A DNA stretch of 63,026 nucleotides, counting the filler, from Choristocarpus tenellus KU-1152 (taxonomy: Eukaryota; Protista; Phaeophyceae): NCBI GenBank assembly GCA_964200185.2. It is 10 parts of 10 records of this genome, joined end to end, with 100 filler letters (N's around TTAATTAATTAA, not from the genome) between each part and the next. Parts side by side here need not be neighbours in the genome. Positions count along the whole stretch, not along the records: positions 1 to 16,491 come from CAXNAD020000820.1; positions 16,592 to 24,639 come from CAXNAD020005228.1; positions 24,740 to 29,202 come from CAXNAD020014429.1; 7 more parts are not named here. One strand, given 5' to 3'. Each line of letters starts with the position of its first letter. Positions within the stretch are counted from its first letter, which is position 1. The notes under the pieces were generated by a model. That model did not search any database and was not told the origin of the DNA. It saw only the letters and a program-made list of their open reading frames with translations. A program made the translations under genes and the position numbers. Below are positions 14,757-25,756 of the stretch, piece after piece.

Positions 14757-15858
14757 CTACCACGTCATCTCAGGCCGTTTCACCCATTTGAGGGCCCCCT
14801 GCTCATTCAAGTCGGTGACTATGTCCATGCTTTTGACCCCTATCTGTCGGAGGCCCTGCTTGAATATGCACTTCCTCTCCAGTTCTACTCGACGTGTTGC
14901 CCGCCGCAGCTCCTCTGAGGATCGCATCTTAGACCTTCCAAGAGAATGTACACACGAATTTCATTTTTTTTGTGGAGTAGAAGTGTTTCATAAAGGTGGT
15001 AAGTGCCTCTCATGAGGCATAGAGTGCAAGGTTTGATGCAGGAGAGAGCAAGAGTTTTTGACTGTGAGAAAATGTAAGCAAGGTTTGCTGATACGTATAT
15101 TTTGGGGGGTGTCCATACACACCAAAAAACACACCGTAGTTCTCGAGAACGGGCAGTGCGGTATGTTGTTGCTGTTATCGTTATTTGCTAAACTCAGAAC
15201 ATTTCGGAGCACAAGGTAGCTCATTTTGCCGATATAATACTTGGAGTACGCACTTGCGTGTTCAATAAACGGAACCAAACGTGTAAGGAGCTTTAACATT
15301 TCTTGTGTTGTGTGTAGAGCAGCCTTTTGCGATTCACACCTTGCATACTCCCGCTTCGATCTTGCATGCTCCTCGTTGATGGCATCATGGGTGTCCTTGC
15401 GCGAAGGGTGCCGATGATAGGTATCGACGCCACCGTTCTGGCACCACGCGACAGGGATGGTGCGAATGATGTTCTCAGATCGCCTTCCTGCGGTCGAGCT
15501 GCTCTGCCCAAGATATTCCTGTCGAAGTGGGGGAGGGGGGGAATGGCATCGTTGAATAATAACAATATGAAATATTGGTAATGGTTAAGAACAATAATGA
15601 TATATATATATATATATATATATAGGGAAAATAATACTAGTGATTATGCCAATAGTTGAAACGATAATCACTATGGGAACAGTAATCATGATAGTAGTAT
15701 TAGTGATAGTAACAATAACAAGAAGGACGAGGGGGTGAAAAGTGTTGCAGGGTAAATGCATCCTACCACCTCAAAAATCGGATTTTTGGCAAGTTGACCA
15801 GTGCAAATGTTGCTGTTCGTGACTCTCCTTATAAGCTGCCAAGAATGAAAGTTTAACC
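14757..15858 (-). CDS. Hypothetical protein, last three exons, convergent with the coiled-coil gene
   Basis: Exons 15858-15770, 15518-15340 and 14934-14757 have AG/GT ends and join in phase: GLNFHSWQLIRR...NPIFE|EYLGQSS...KREYAR|SKMRSSEELRR...PEMTW*. Confidence 0.55.
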
Positions 15859-16491
15859 CTGACAAGAATGTGTAGAGGGGAAAACACTGCTGCCATTGCC
15901 ACCACCCTTTGCCTGATCCGTCCCACCATGTTCTCTTTAAAGATCGATTTCATCGTTCTTCATCGCCCTCTTGCTGGTCAGCCTTCTTTATCCTCAACTG
16001 GCGATTTGTTCTAGAGCAAAAGGGTCTGGATATCTATGCAGTTTTTCCAAACAGGAAATCAAGCTCAGGATACTCATAGCCAGGGTATAAAACACTTTAC
16101 ATGAAACACTTCAGAGTCTCCCTTCCCTCCTATTGGACTCCACAGAACTTGTTATTGACTCTTCCACATCAACCCTTCTCCATATTGCACCAAGGGCTGA
16201 GAAAGATGTGATGGAGGAAATAGAGTGGAAGATGGATAATGAAACAGTAATAGTACCTGGAGCATAGGTGAGATTTGGGCTGCATCAAACACAGTACGCT
16301 GCTGCATCGGGAGCAATGTGGTCATACGATCCCGCTTCTGGGGTTTGAACCTCAACGTGCTGCGATCTCCTGTATATTGTAACAGGGGATTGGGACGGAA
16401 GGTGTGGCTCATCCGCTGTATTACAGTGCCCTTGTCTCCAATCCTCTCTAACCCCCCCCACTTTTGCTCTTCTTTGCCCCTTCTCGCTCTT

Positions 16492-16591
16492 NNNNNNNNN
16501 NNNNNNNNNNNNNNNNNNNNNNNNNNNNNNNNNNNTTAATTAATTAANNNNNNNNNNNNNNNNNNNNNNNNNNNNNNNNNNNNNNNNNNNN
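16492..16591. other. Artificial contig linker (first of nine)
   Basis: N44-TTAATTAATTAA-N44. The others are at 24640-24739, 29203-29302, 31924-32023, 35592-35691, 45313-45412, 50999-51098, 55461-55560 and 59263-59362. Confidence 0.98.
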
Positions 16592-17564
16592 CAGATACTT
16601 TGAGCCTATACTCCACTCCTGAATAAGACTGCTCCTCTCCCAGTAGCACCAAATGTTGCTATTCACCTGTTACTGGTAGGCTACACATCAGTCGGGTCCA
16701 TAGTATCCTAGGGAGGGAGGGTGTCAGGCGTTGTCCATTTGAGGCCTTTGTGTCGCTCTAATGTTTTTCAGTCAGGTGAGTGAACGTGTTGGGTGTAGCA
16801 TAAGGGCAATTTCCTTCATCTGGATGCAGTTTCCATTTCCATCCCCCCCCCCCCCGCCTGGACCAAATCCGAAAAAAAACGCCTCCAAGAGTGGCATCAA
16901 ACTGAGGTGTTCTACAACAACACCTTCTCGATCCCCGAATGGAAGACATAGGTTAAACACCCCTCATCCTCTAGGGTACCGTGGGCCTTTACCACTACCT
17001 TCTGATGGATACTGGATACTGGTACTTATCTAGCCCTAACACTACGTAGTTCTACCTGGAGGTATCATGGTTTGTATGTTGATGTATGTTGATGTACTAG
17101 TATACACCTTTTCATTTTGTACCTCAAGTGCCTGGACTATAGATGGTATCACCATGCCCAATCTTGGCTACTCTGTTTTTTATTGTTATGGACTGTAGTA
17201 CTCAATTCTAAACACCCTAGAACCTAGGTAACGGATTATATGTATTAAAAAATAAAGACTTCTGCATAGTACACGTTGCACATTTTTACCCGTAGGTACA
17301 TAGTTATTTCTATTACCACAGAGTACTACAGAGTACCACAGAGTACTACAGAGTACTACAGAGTACTGAGTGTCAATGATGTATATATTGTTATATACAC
17401 ACGGCTCATGCGAGCTGTGTTGAGGGCACTCCAATGTGTACAAGTAGAGTTGTGTACCTCAGTCGGTGATCATTCCCCTCACAAATCACAAAGGTTGTAG
17501 AGAGATGTCAAACTTCTCCCACATAGTCCGCCCCCCTCCTTATCTCTCCAATCTCCTCAGCCGC

Positions 17565-17750
17565 AATCAGTCCCCATCAGTCACCATCCGTCACTATCAG
17601 ACACCATCTGTCACCATCAGTCACCATAAGTCAACATCCGTCACTATCAGTCAACATCCGTCACCATTATTCACCATCAGTCACCATAAGTCAACATCCG
17701 TCACTATCAGTCAACATCCGTCACCATTATTCACCATCAGTCAACAATGT
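17565..17750. repeat. Minisatellite, 10-bp unit GTCACCATCA-like, containing a 60-bp exact duplication
   Basis: Repeated gtcaccatca/gtcaacatcc/gtcactatca units. A separate (CAGAGTACTA)n run lies at ~17319-17368. Confidence 0.8.
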
Positions 17751-18758
17751 AGTCTATATTTCTATATTTCTATATATATATATATATTTCTATATATATT
17801 TTCAGTAATTTGGTACCGAGCAAGAGAACTAACTATTCCCACGGACAGAACCATCACTTCTACTTGAAGCACTACATGCATTATTTTTTCTTGTTTACAT
17901 ATTTCTATTTCTGCTTCTTGGCATGATTTTTTAATTTTAGATTATTGTATTGTCAGTCTCACATTCCAAAGTATGTTGTGATTATGCACAGTGCGGGGCT
18001 AGGTGCGTGTATGCCTTCCAACAGGGAGTGAAGTGCTGGAACACACGCCTATATTCTCAACGACCAAATCAAATCAAATTAAATCAAATCAAATCAAATA
18101 CAGTACGTAACTGCTATGTGCACGGGGCTCACACAGTGGGTGCAGCACATGCGCAACAAAAAGATATATAACCTTTGACGTAAGAGGGTACAGGTAAATG
18201 GGCAGTCACTGCACAGTGTAGATTTTGCCTCATACATACACACACACACACACACCAGAATGACGGTACTCTTAGAGTACACAAAAACGGGATGTAGAAG
18301 GAAGGCAGCACAAGAGTTGCTCAGAAATAGATAGATACATTGAGGCTTTTCACCTCACTTAGGCTGAACAGGTCAGAGGTAAGCTGGGTCGAACGACTCT
18401 TACACAGTCTTAGGGTTAGGGATGCTTCGTAGAGCAATCACTGTGCTGTGACTGTTCTTGGTGTTTGGTACATCGCAATAGGACCTGATAACGTTGACAA
18501 GTTTAACGGCATCTTATCTCAGCTCTTGGGTGCTAGTAGTGAGGTATGCTTGGGTTTCTCTTGGCTGCCATTCTTAGCTGTGTTGGGTTTCTCTATCTAT
18601 CTATCTATCTATCTTTTTTTATTATTTTTTAGCTTTTTATTATTTTTACAGTATTTTGTATCTCCTCACATGGAGCGTTTTTTCTTTTTTTTCTACTTTT
18701 TTTTTTTGCTTCGGATTTGTGAAGGACAACGAACAGAAACACATTGCTTAGCAAATTA

Positions 18759-18848
18759 ATAGTATAATAGTAGTATAATAGTAGTATAATAGTAGTATAA
18801 TAGTAGTATAATAGTAGTATAATAGTAGTATAATAGTAGTATAATAGT
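18759..18848. repeat. 11-bp tandem repeat (ATAATAGTAGT)n, ~8 copies
   Basis: Read directly. It produces the spurious YYYTTIILLL ORFs. Confidence 0.9.
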
Positions 18849-18994
18849 AACAAGCCATCACAATGGATGGCCTCGCGTTGCAAATTGCTATCTCAGGCTC
18901 AAGACAAATTAAAGAAAAACGAAACATCTGCTCTGCCTTGGGCATTGCGGTCAATGGTGACTGTACCTTGATCAGAAGTGAGGGTGGAGTGCCT

Positions 18995-19293
18995 GAGTGA
19001 GAATGTATCTTAGAGGGTACGAGTTTTCCCCTGTTTGTCCGAATTGGGGCTTGGCTTCCGACAGTTTTTTATTTTTTTTTACTACATTTTCCTATTTCAA
19101 AATGTTTTGGAGTAGGTATAATGCACTACAGTAGTGTATGTTAGGGTTAGGGTTATCATGCGTACGTCCGGAATAAGAACAATAATATTAACACTTCCTA
19201 AAAAAAAATGATAGCCAAAATTACATCAAGATCGCAACATTGGATTTTGGCCCCCAAATGGATGCGGCTCCACCCTCTAAGACACTTCGACTC
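18995..19293 (+). mobile_element. MITE family A copy (TIR GAGTNAAAGTATCTTAGAGGGTA)
   Basis: TIRs at both ends, flanks GCCT/ACCT, shared internal core, internal (TTAGGG)2 patch at 19141. Confidence 0.85.
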
Positions 19294-20070
19294 ACCTTTT
19301 ATTTGTCAAAATAAGCACCCCCCCAAAATTCAGTACATGTTGTGTCACAGTGGCAGAGCGGAGGTATCCCACATCCATATTGAACCCTTGTGTCTATGAA
19401 GGGCTAGGATAATGGGCTTTGCAGGGCTCGTGTGTTTGTCGTATGGCGGTTCAAACATGTGTACATTGTGAGGGAGGTCCTAGTACGGTACAAACATGTG
19501 TACATTGTGAGGGAGGTCCTAGTATGGTACAAACATGTGTACATTATTATGGTTGGTGGTACTGGTCCAGTGTAAGTACCCTCAAATTTTGAGTACTGCG
19601 CTTGGATGGTTCAAGTATGCATACATGGCTAGGATAATGGGCTTTACAGGGCTCATGTGTTTGTAGTATGGCAGTTCAAGTGTGTTAGGGTTAGTGTTCG
19701 GGTACGATACAAGGATGTGTGGATTATGATCACAGTACAGGCATGTATGTGACCTGGGTAGTACTTGGATGGGTGCCAAACTTGTCAGCCTCTGAAGAAT
19801 ATATTCTTTGACGGTTAGATTGTCGGCAATCCAAGGGTCTTCACTTCTTCAAAAAGGTGCTCTTAGTCTACACAATGACATCTCACCACGCCCCCGGATT
19901 TGCAAGGATCTATCCAATTACCCCCTCAGATATGTCATATTTAAAAAGAAATTGTGTGTGTAAGCCTTTGCCATCCAGAATCTCTAAGAAGAAAAACTGA
20001 GTTTTATTCGTTTCCTCATTCCATACTCCAGAGCACTGAGCTGTTGTCTATGCTGTATTGCAATACCCAC

Positions 20071-20646
20071 GGGTTGAAGTATCTTATTAAGAGAGGGTAC
20101 GAGTATTGCCCTGTTTGTCTAATGTCCATTTTGGGGCTTGGCTTCCCTCAAGGTTTTCATGACATTTTCCTGCTCCAAAAGATTTCAGATTAGGTAAAAT
20201 GTATACGTTTTGAAAAGGTGTGTCCATTTTAAGGGCATTTCTGTTTTTAAAATATATATAGAGGGATTTTGTACAAAAAAACTGAAACAAGAGCAAGCAA
20301 CAAACGCCTCGAACAATACTAACAATAGTAACAACAACAACAACAGACAAGTAGGTTCTCGAATGGCAAAGGAGGCGACACAATGTAGTAAACACACGTT
20401 CATCACAGTCAAAAATAAAAAATATTTGGGGTGCCTTCCCACGGGGATTTTTTAAAATGATACATCTTCCTACTCCAAAATGTTTCGGAGTAGGTAAAAT
20501 GCATACACTATGAAAAGCTGTGTCCAGAGCAAGGATATTGACACTTCCTAACAAACACGATAGCCAAAATTACATCAAGATCGCAACATCGTATTTTGGA
20601 CCCCAAATGGACGCGGCCCTACCCTAACCCTAACATACTTTCACTC
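20071..20646 (+). mobile_element. MITE family A, composite or internally duplicated copy
   Basis: GGGTTGAAGTATCTT...CATACTTTCACTC with CCAC on both flanks. The internal hairpin segment occurs twice with ~200 bp between. Confidence 0.8.
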
Positions 20647-21204
20647 CCACAAAAAATCATGTTCCGAAGCCCCTGAACAGCGCCTCCCGGGTTCCCTGTC
20701 CCTCTCCTATCTTCCACCAACTCCTGTCTTTGTCTCTGCTTTCACAGTGGTTGGAATATGTGTTGATACGCGTGAGTACTGCCTGGAAGAGGACTCTCAG
20801 GGACTTCCTAGCTCGCTGGAGAGGGGTCAAGAATCGATTTGATTGGCTAGGTCAACGAGGGCTCATCACAGGTAATATCAAATCACAGAGAAAAGTGCAA
20901 AATTTTGATCAAAAAACGCGCCAGGCCTTTCGATCCACCACTCCTCCGCCGGAAGCCCCCTTCTTTGATGAAATCGAGCAGGAGGTGGCAGGGCAGAATG
21001 GAGACGAGAAGAGCCGTCGAACTAGGTTCTTGAAAGTTTCTTGAAAGGTTCTTGAAAGGTTCTTGAAAGGTTCTTGAACTAGGTTTTGATAAGCTATTTG
21101 GGCCTTCATTCACCTACTTCATTCCAAGAGGAATCACAGACGTAGGTTCTTACAGCATGCTCCGATTGGTTCATAGGCACCATTACTTGCTCTGTTCTGA
21201 CCCA

Positions 21205-21476
21205 GAGCATTCAAGAGGGTACGAGCCTTGCCCTCTTTGTCCGTTTGGGGCTTGGCCGGCCGCCCACGGGTTTATTATGCCCCTTTTTTTTTTGTCGGTT
21301 TTCTGTGTGAACACTAACCCTAACCCTAAAATATACACGACTTCGAAAGGTGTGCCCGGAACAAGGATACATTGACACTTGCCAACAAATACAATAGCCA
21401 AAAATTACATCAAAATCGCAACATTGGATTTATGATCCGGAGGGGATGTCGCCATGCCCTCTCAAATGCTTTGACA
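21205..21476 (+). mobile_element. MITE family A, degenerate copy
   Basis: AGAGGGTACGAG..TGTCCGTTTGGGGCTTGG..ACAAGGATAC..ATAGCCAAAAATTACATCAAAATCGCAACATTGG core. The internal hairpin is replaced by CTAACCCTAACCCTAA. Confidence 0.75.
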
Positions 21477-21867
21477 CTCTACCCCCTCAAATTTCCAGCC
21501 GGAGATTTTGAGAGGGCGAGATAATAAGTACATAGTTCATGTTTGAATACTAGCTTGAATCGATTAATCATTTGAAGCTGATTTGGTCAACCGAACCGGC
21601 AAATCGTAGGATTGTTGGTGACTATAGCTTGAAAACCCGAACTCATTTTTTTTTTTTCATTTTTTTTTATTTTTTAAAAATATTTTTTTTTTTGTTTTTT
21701 TTTTTTGCAGGATGGTACTGTAAAATAGGCAGTCAGTCAGTCAGTCTTCTTCAGCGTATTGAAACACTATCCTCAATGTTGCTCCCAAGGTTTAAACTGA
21801 CCTGGCCGTTTGAAGGATTGTTTGGTGTGTGGATTACGTCAGGCGTTCATCTGACAAAGACAAAAAA

Positions 21868-22147
21868 GAGTGGGAGTATCTTAGGGTTAGGGTACGAGTT
21901 TTGCCCTGTTTGTCCGTTTGGGGCTTGGCTTCCCTCGTTTAAAAAATAAATAAATACATTTTCCTACTTCAAAATACTTCGAGTAGGTAAAAAAAGTATA
22001 CGTTATGAAAAAGGTGTATGTATCCGGAACAAGGGTATTGACACTTCCCTAGCAAACACGATAGCCAAAACTACATCAAAATCGCATCATTGGATTGTGG
22101 CCCACAAATGGACGCGGATCTACCTACCCTCTGAGATACTTTGACTC
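21868..22147 (+). mobile_element. MITE family A copy
   Basis: GAGTGGGAGTATCTTAGGGTTAGGGTACGAG...GAGATACTTTGACTC. Confidence 0.85.
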
Positions 22148-22445
22148 TTCAGAAATAAAAATTCTAACAAGGGGGCGATAGAGAGAACAGTCGATTGTGC
22201 AGCATTACTTTGTGATCCTAACTCAAAAGTACAAAGCCATTGGGGCGATATATTCTAGTCGGTGAGTTAAACCAGCCAAGTCATGCCAGCACATACCCCT
22301 GCAGTACCAAGTGACTAACAGACTAAACAACATTCAGAGTGTGCTTTAAAACGTGGTTCAGGTTTGCCATGTGGTTCAGGTTCACATCCGCCAGCAGCAA
22401 GCAGTTTAGGTTCACAAAGTGATTTCACGGAAGCGATTTCATCTA

Positions 22446-22718
22446 GACTCAAAGTATCTTAGAGGGGTAGGGCCGCATCCATTTGGGGGGCAAGAATCCA
22501 ATGTTGCAATAAATTTTGATGAGATTTTGGATATCGTGTATTATTGTTAGGAAGTGTCAATGTCCATCTTCCGGGCACAACGTTTACTAACGTGTACATT
22601 TCACCTACTCCGAGATGTTTCTGAGTAGGTGAAATGCCATTGAAAACCCGTGAGAAGCCAAGCCCCAAACGGAATAACAGGGAAAGACTGGTACCCTAAC
22701 CCTAAGACACTTTCACTC
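22446..22718 (-). mobile_element. MITE family A copy (reverse orientation)
   Basis: GACTCAAAGTATCTTAGAGGGG...CCCTAACCCTAAGACACTTTCACTC. Confidence 0.85.
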
Positions 22719-22912
22719 TTAAGCTGGTGGTGCTTTGGGCGAGTTGATAAAAACTGTCGCGGTTAGGGACTTCATAGAGGCGTTTAATTATCCATCACAT
22801 CCGAATATCGCCTTCCATACTATATCGAATACCTTTTCTTTTTTTTTTTGGCCCTTTGTATAGTTTGCAAATACGATGTGTGCATTATCACACATCGTGG
22901 AGACTTTCTACT

Positions 22913-23172
22913 GAGTGAAAAGTATCTTAGAGGGTACGAGTTTTGCCCTTTTTGTCCATTTAGGGCTTGGCTTCCCATGGTTTCTTTTGTGACATTTTCC
23001 TATTCCAAAAAAGTTTTGGAGTAGGAAAATGTGTACGTTATTAAAAGGTGTATCCGAAACAAGGGTATTGACACTTACTAACGAACATGATAGCCAAAAT
23101 TACATCAAAATCACAACATTGGATTTTGAGCCCCAAATGGACGCGACCCTACTCTCTAAGACACTTCAGCTC
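22913..23172 (+). mobile_element. MITE family A copy with TACT target duplication
   Basis: tact|GAGTGAAAAGTATCTTAGAGGGTA...CTCTAAGACACTTCAGCTC|tact. Confidence 0.9.
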
Positions 23173-23649
23173 TACTCATATAGCAGTCCTCCCATTGGAA
23201 GGGATGTGTGGGGACCACATAGTGAAGTTATTTATTTTCTTACCATAATTAAGCCAACCGTATACTTTGACAGACTGGGGAGGTCAAAAGGTCCTGGTAG
23301 GGCTGTTTTTTTCTGTTTTTTTCAAGAGGAGTACAATTCTCACCGCCTTGCTATCTCATCTGTCTTTTGTGGGAGTTTCTTCTTTAATCCACTGAATGTA
23401 TCTCCTCAATTGGATATTTTTCGCTAGCAACCAACCCAACAAGTAATAAAGTATTCCGGTATCTACATATACTTCTTCAGGTTAGTGTCCCAAATAGAGC
23501 TTATATATTCTAGCAGAAGTTGGTTCTTCGTTAGTTATTGGTTGATTATTAAGGTAGTGCAAGGTATTGCGCACAGTAGACAACGTAACACTTGATGCTG
23601 TGTCTTGTGCACACGGAATGGTTGAGATATAAAACATGCATAGCCTACG

Positions 23650-24530
23650 ATGTGTCTCATAACACTGTAGTCTGAAGCATATGTGGCATGTATTGTATCT
23701 CATAACACTGTAGTCTGAAGCATATGTTACATGTGTTATGTCTCATAACACTCGCGTGTGAAGCGTATGTTACATGTGTTATGTCTCACAACACTCGCGT
23801 GTGAAGCATATGTTACATGTGTTATGTCTCACAACACTCGCGTGTGAAGCATATGTTACATGTGTTATGTCTCACAACACTCGCGTGTGAAGCATATGTT
23901 ACATGTGTTATGTCTCATAACACTCGCGTGTGAAGCGTATGTTACATGTGTTATGTCTCATAACACTCGCGTGTGAAGCATATGTTACATGTGTTATGTC
24001 TCACAACACTCGCGTGTGAAGCGTATGTTACATGTGTTACGTCTCATAACACTCGAGTGTGAAGCATATGTTACATGTGTTACGTCTCACAACACTCACG
24101 TGTGAAGCATATGTTACATGTGTTATGTCTCACAACACTCGCGTGTAAAGCGTATGTTACATGTGTTACATCTCATAACAAACACGTGTAAAGCGTATGT
24201 TACATGTGTTATGTCTCACAACACTCGCGTGTGAAGCATATGTTACATGTGTTATGTCTCACAACACTCGCGTGTGAAGCATATGTTACATGTGTTATGT
24301 CTCATAACACTCGCGTGTGAAGCATATGTTACATGTGTTATGTCTCACAACACTCGCGTGTGAAGCATATGTTACATGTGTTATGTCTCACAACACTCGC
24401 GTGTGAAGCATATGTTACATGTGTTGTGTCTCATAACACTCGAGTCTGAACCATACATGACATGTCTTGTTTTGTCTAACGACACTCAAGTCTGAAGCAG
24501 ATGTGACAGGTGCTATGTCTCATAACATTT
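23650..24530. repeat. 43-bp tandem array, ~21 units
   Basis: Unit CATATGTTACATGTGTTATGTCTCAYAACACTCGCGTGTGAAG. The CTCAYAACA motif recurs exactly every 43 nt from 23656 to 24430, and the edge units are degenerate. Confidence 0.97.
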
Positions 24531-25756
24531 AGCACGATGTTTAACACAAAGCATTGCATTGTGAAAGTGTAGTGTTGTCTAAGTTGTGAAATGTTGGATG
24601 TGTAACAGTGAACATAAAGGCTCAAAGTATCTGGGGGGGNNNNNNNNNNNNNNNNNNNNNNNNNNNNNNNNNNNNNNNNNNNNTTAATTAATTAANNNNN
24701 NNNNNNNNNNNNNNNNNNNNNNNNNNNNNNNNNNNNNNNGTGATATGAAAAAATTGACTCCAAATGGACAGCTGCCACCCCCTCCCAGATAATTTGAGCC
24801 TGTGTTACCTGTTGTGCAAGTATTGAGTCTGTTGCTGGAGGTAGAAGCAACCTTCCAAATGACCTCACCCTTTTGACATAGTAATGCATGCCTCTTCATA
24901 TAATACAAGTAAGCTGCAGAACGGGGCACTATTCCCAATATGAGAAAATAAATTAAAGTAAGCAAAGCTGCATTCATGTGGAAAGTCAATATAGACTTCA
25001 TCATCGCTGGTCCTGTTTGTACATTGTCTTTTCTTCATCTACATCTTCAACAATAAGTGTCCTCCGGTGTGATACACCCCCTCAAAAGGCACAGAGATCC
25101 AGTATCACGCCAAAATGTATTAATCACTATTCATCTCCCACCAGAACCCCCTTCATACAGGCAGTAACATTTCCATCTCCTTCCAATACCATGCGCATGC
25201 TCTACCTTTTCTCACAACAGCCAACGGCATATAAACCTCACCGTGCAACAATGATGAGAGCCCATGTGACTAAAAAAAATGTAATTTGAAGACAGATAGA
25301 GGTGCTTTTGTCTCAACATCCTATATTTAGACCCTACCTGCCATCTGAGCAGCACTAACATACCGACAATATAACAGCACAGCAGAAACAGGCAGAGAGA
25401 CTAGCCCTTACACTGCACCATTGCTCCTTTGTGCATTACTAAAATAGGCTTGGCACCCACCCAACCCTCCATTTCCATAATGTTGTCTACCTACGCCATC
25501 CCACACAAAAAGCACAAAGGCGACCAAATCCATCACAAAAAAAGACCATGCTGATAATGCAATGAAATCAAGCAACCCACGCGAACATGTTCAGGAAAAA
25601 ACACGATTCTTACCAACACCAGCAATCTCCAAACAGTCACACCTATCAACACAATCAACCTACAAATCACCCCAAAATATGTCTTCCACAAACAACACAT
25701 CAACGAATACCCCTTCCTATCTACTTTGGAGTGTTGATGATGAGACAAGATCGCTC

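Noticed and set aside
16492-16591. Recurrent TTAATTAATTAA palindrome inside N runs
   Set aside because: It is a synthetic all-frame-stop linker. Adjacency across linkers is not biological, so I make no gene-cluster claims across contigs.
21024-21085. (GGTTCTTGAAA)n 11-bp repeat, 39-bp duplication at 19452-19547, (AAATC)n at 18066, CA/GA microsatellites
   Set aside because: Ordinary slippage repeats with no further structure.
20210-23427. Recurrent short ORFs such as MIAKITSRSQHWILAPKW
   Set aside because: They are chance translations of the non-coding MITE, and the frames are not conserved between copies.
23650-24530. CRISPR-like array
   Set aside because: Units are contiguous with no unique spacers, and no cas-like ORF is nearby.
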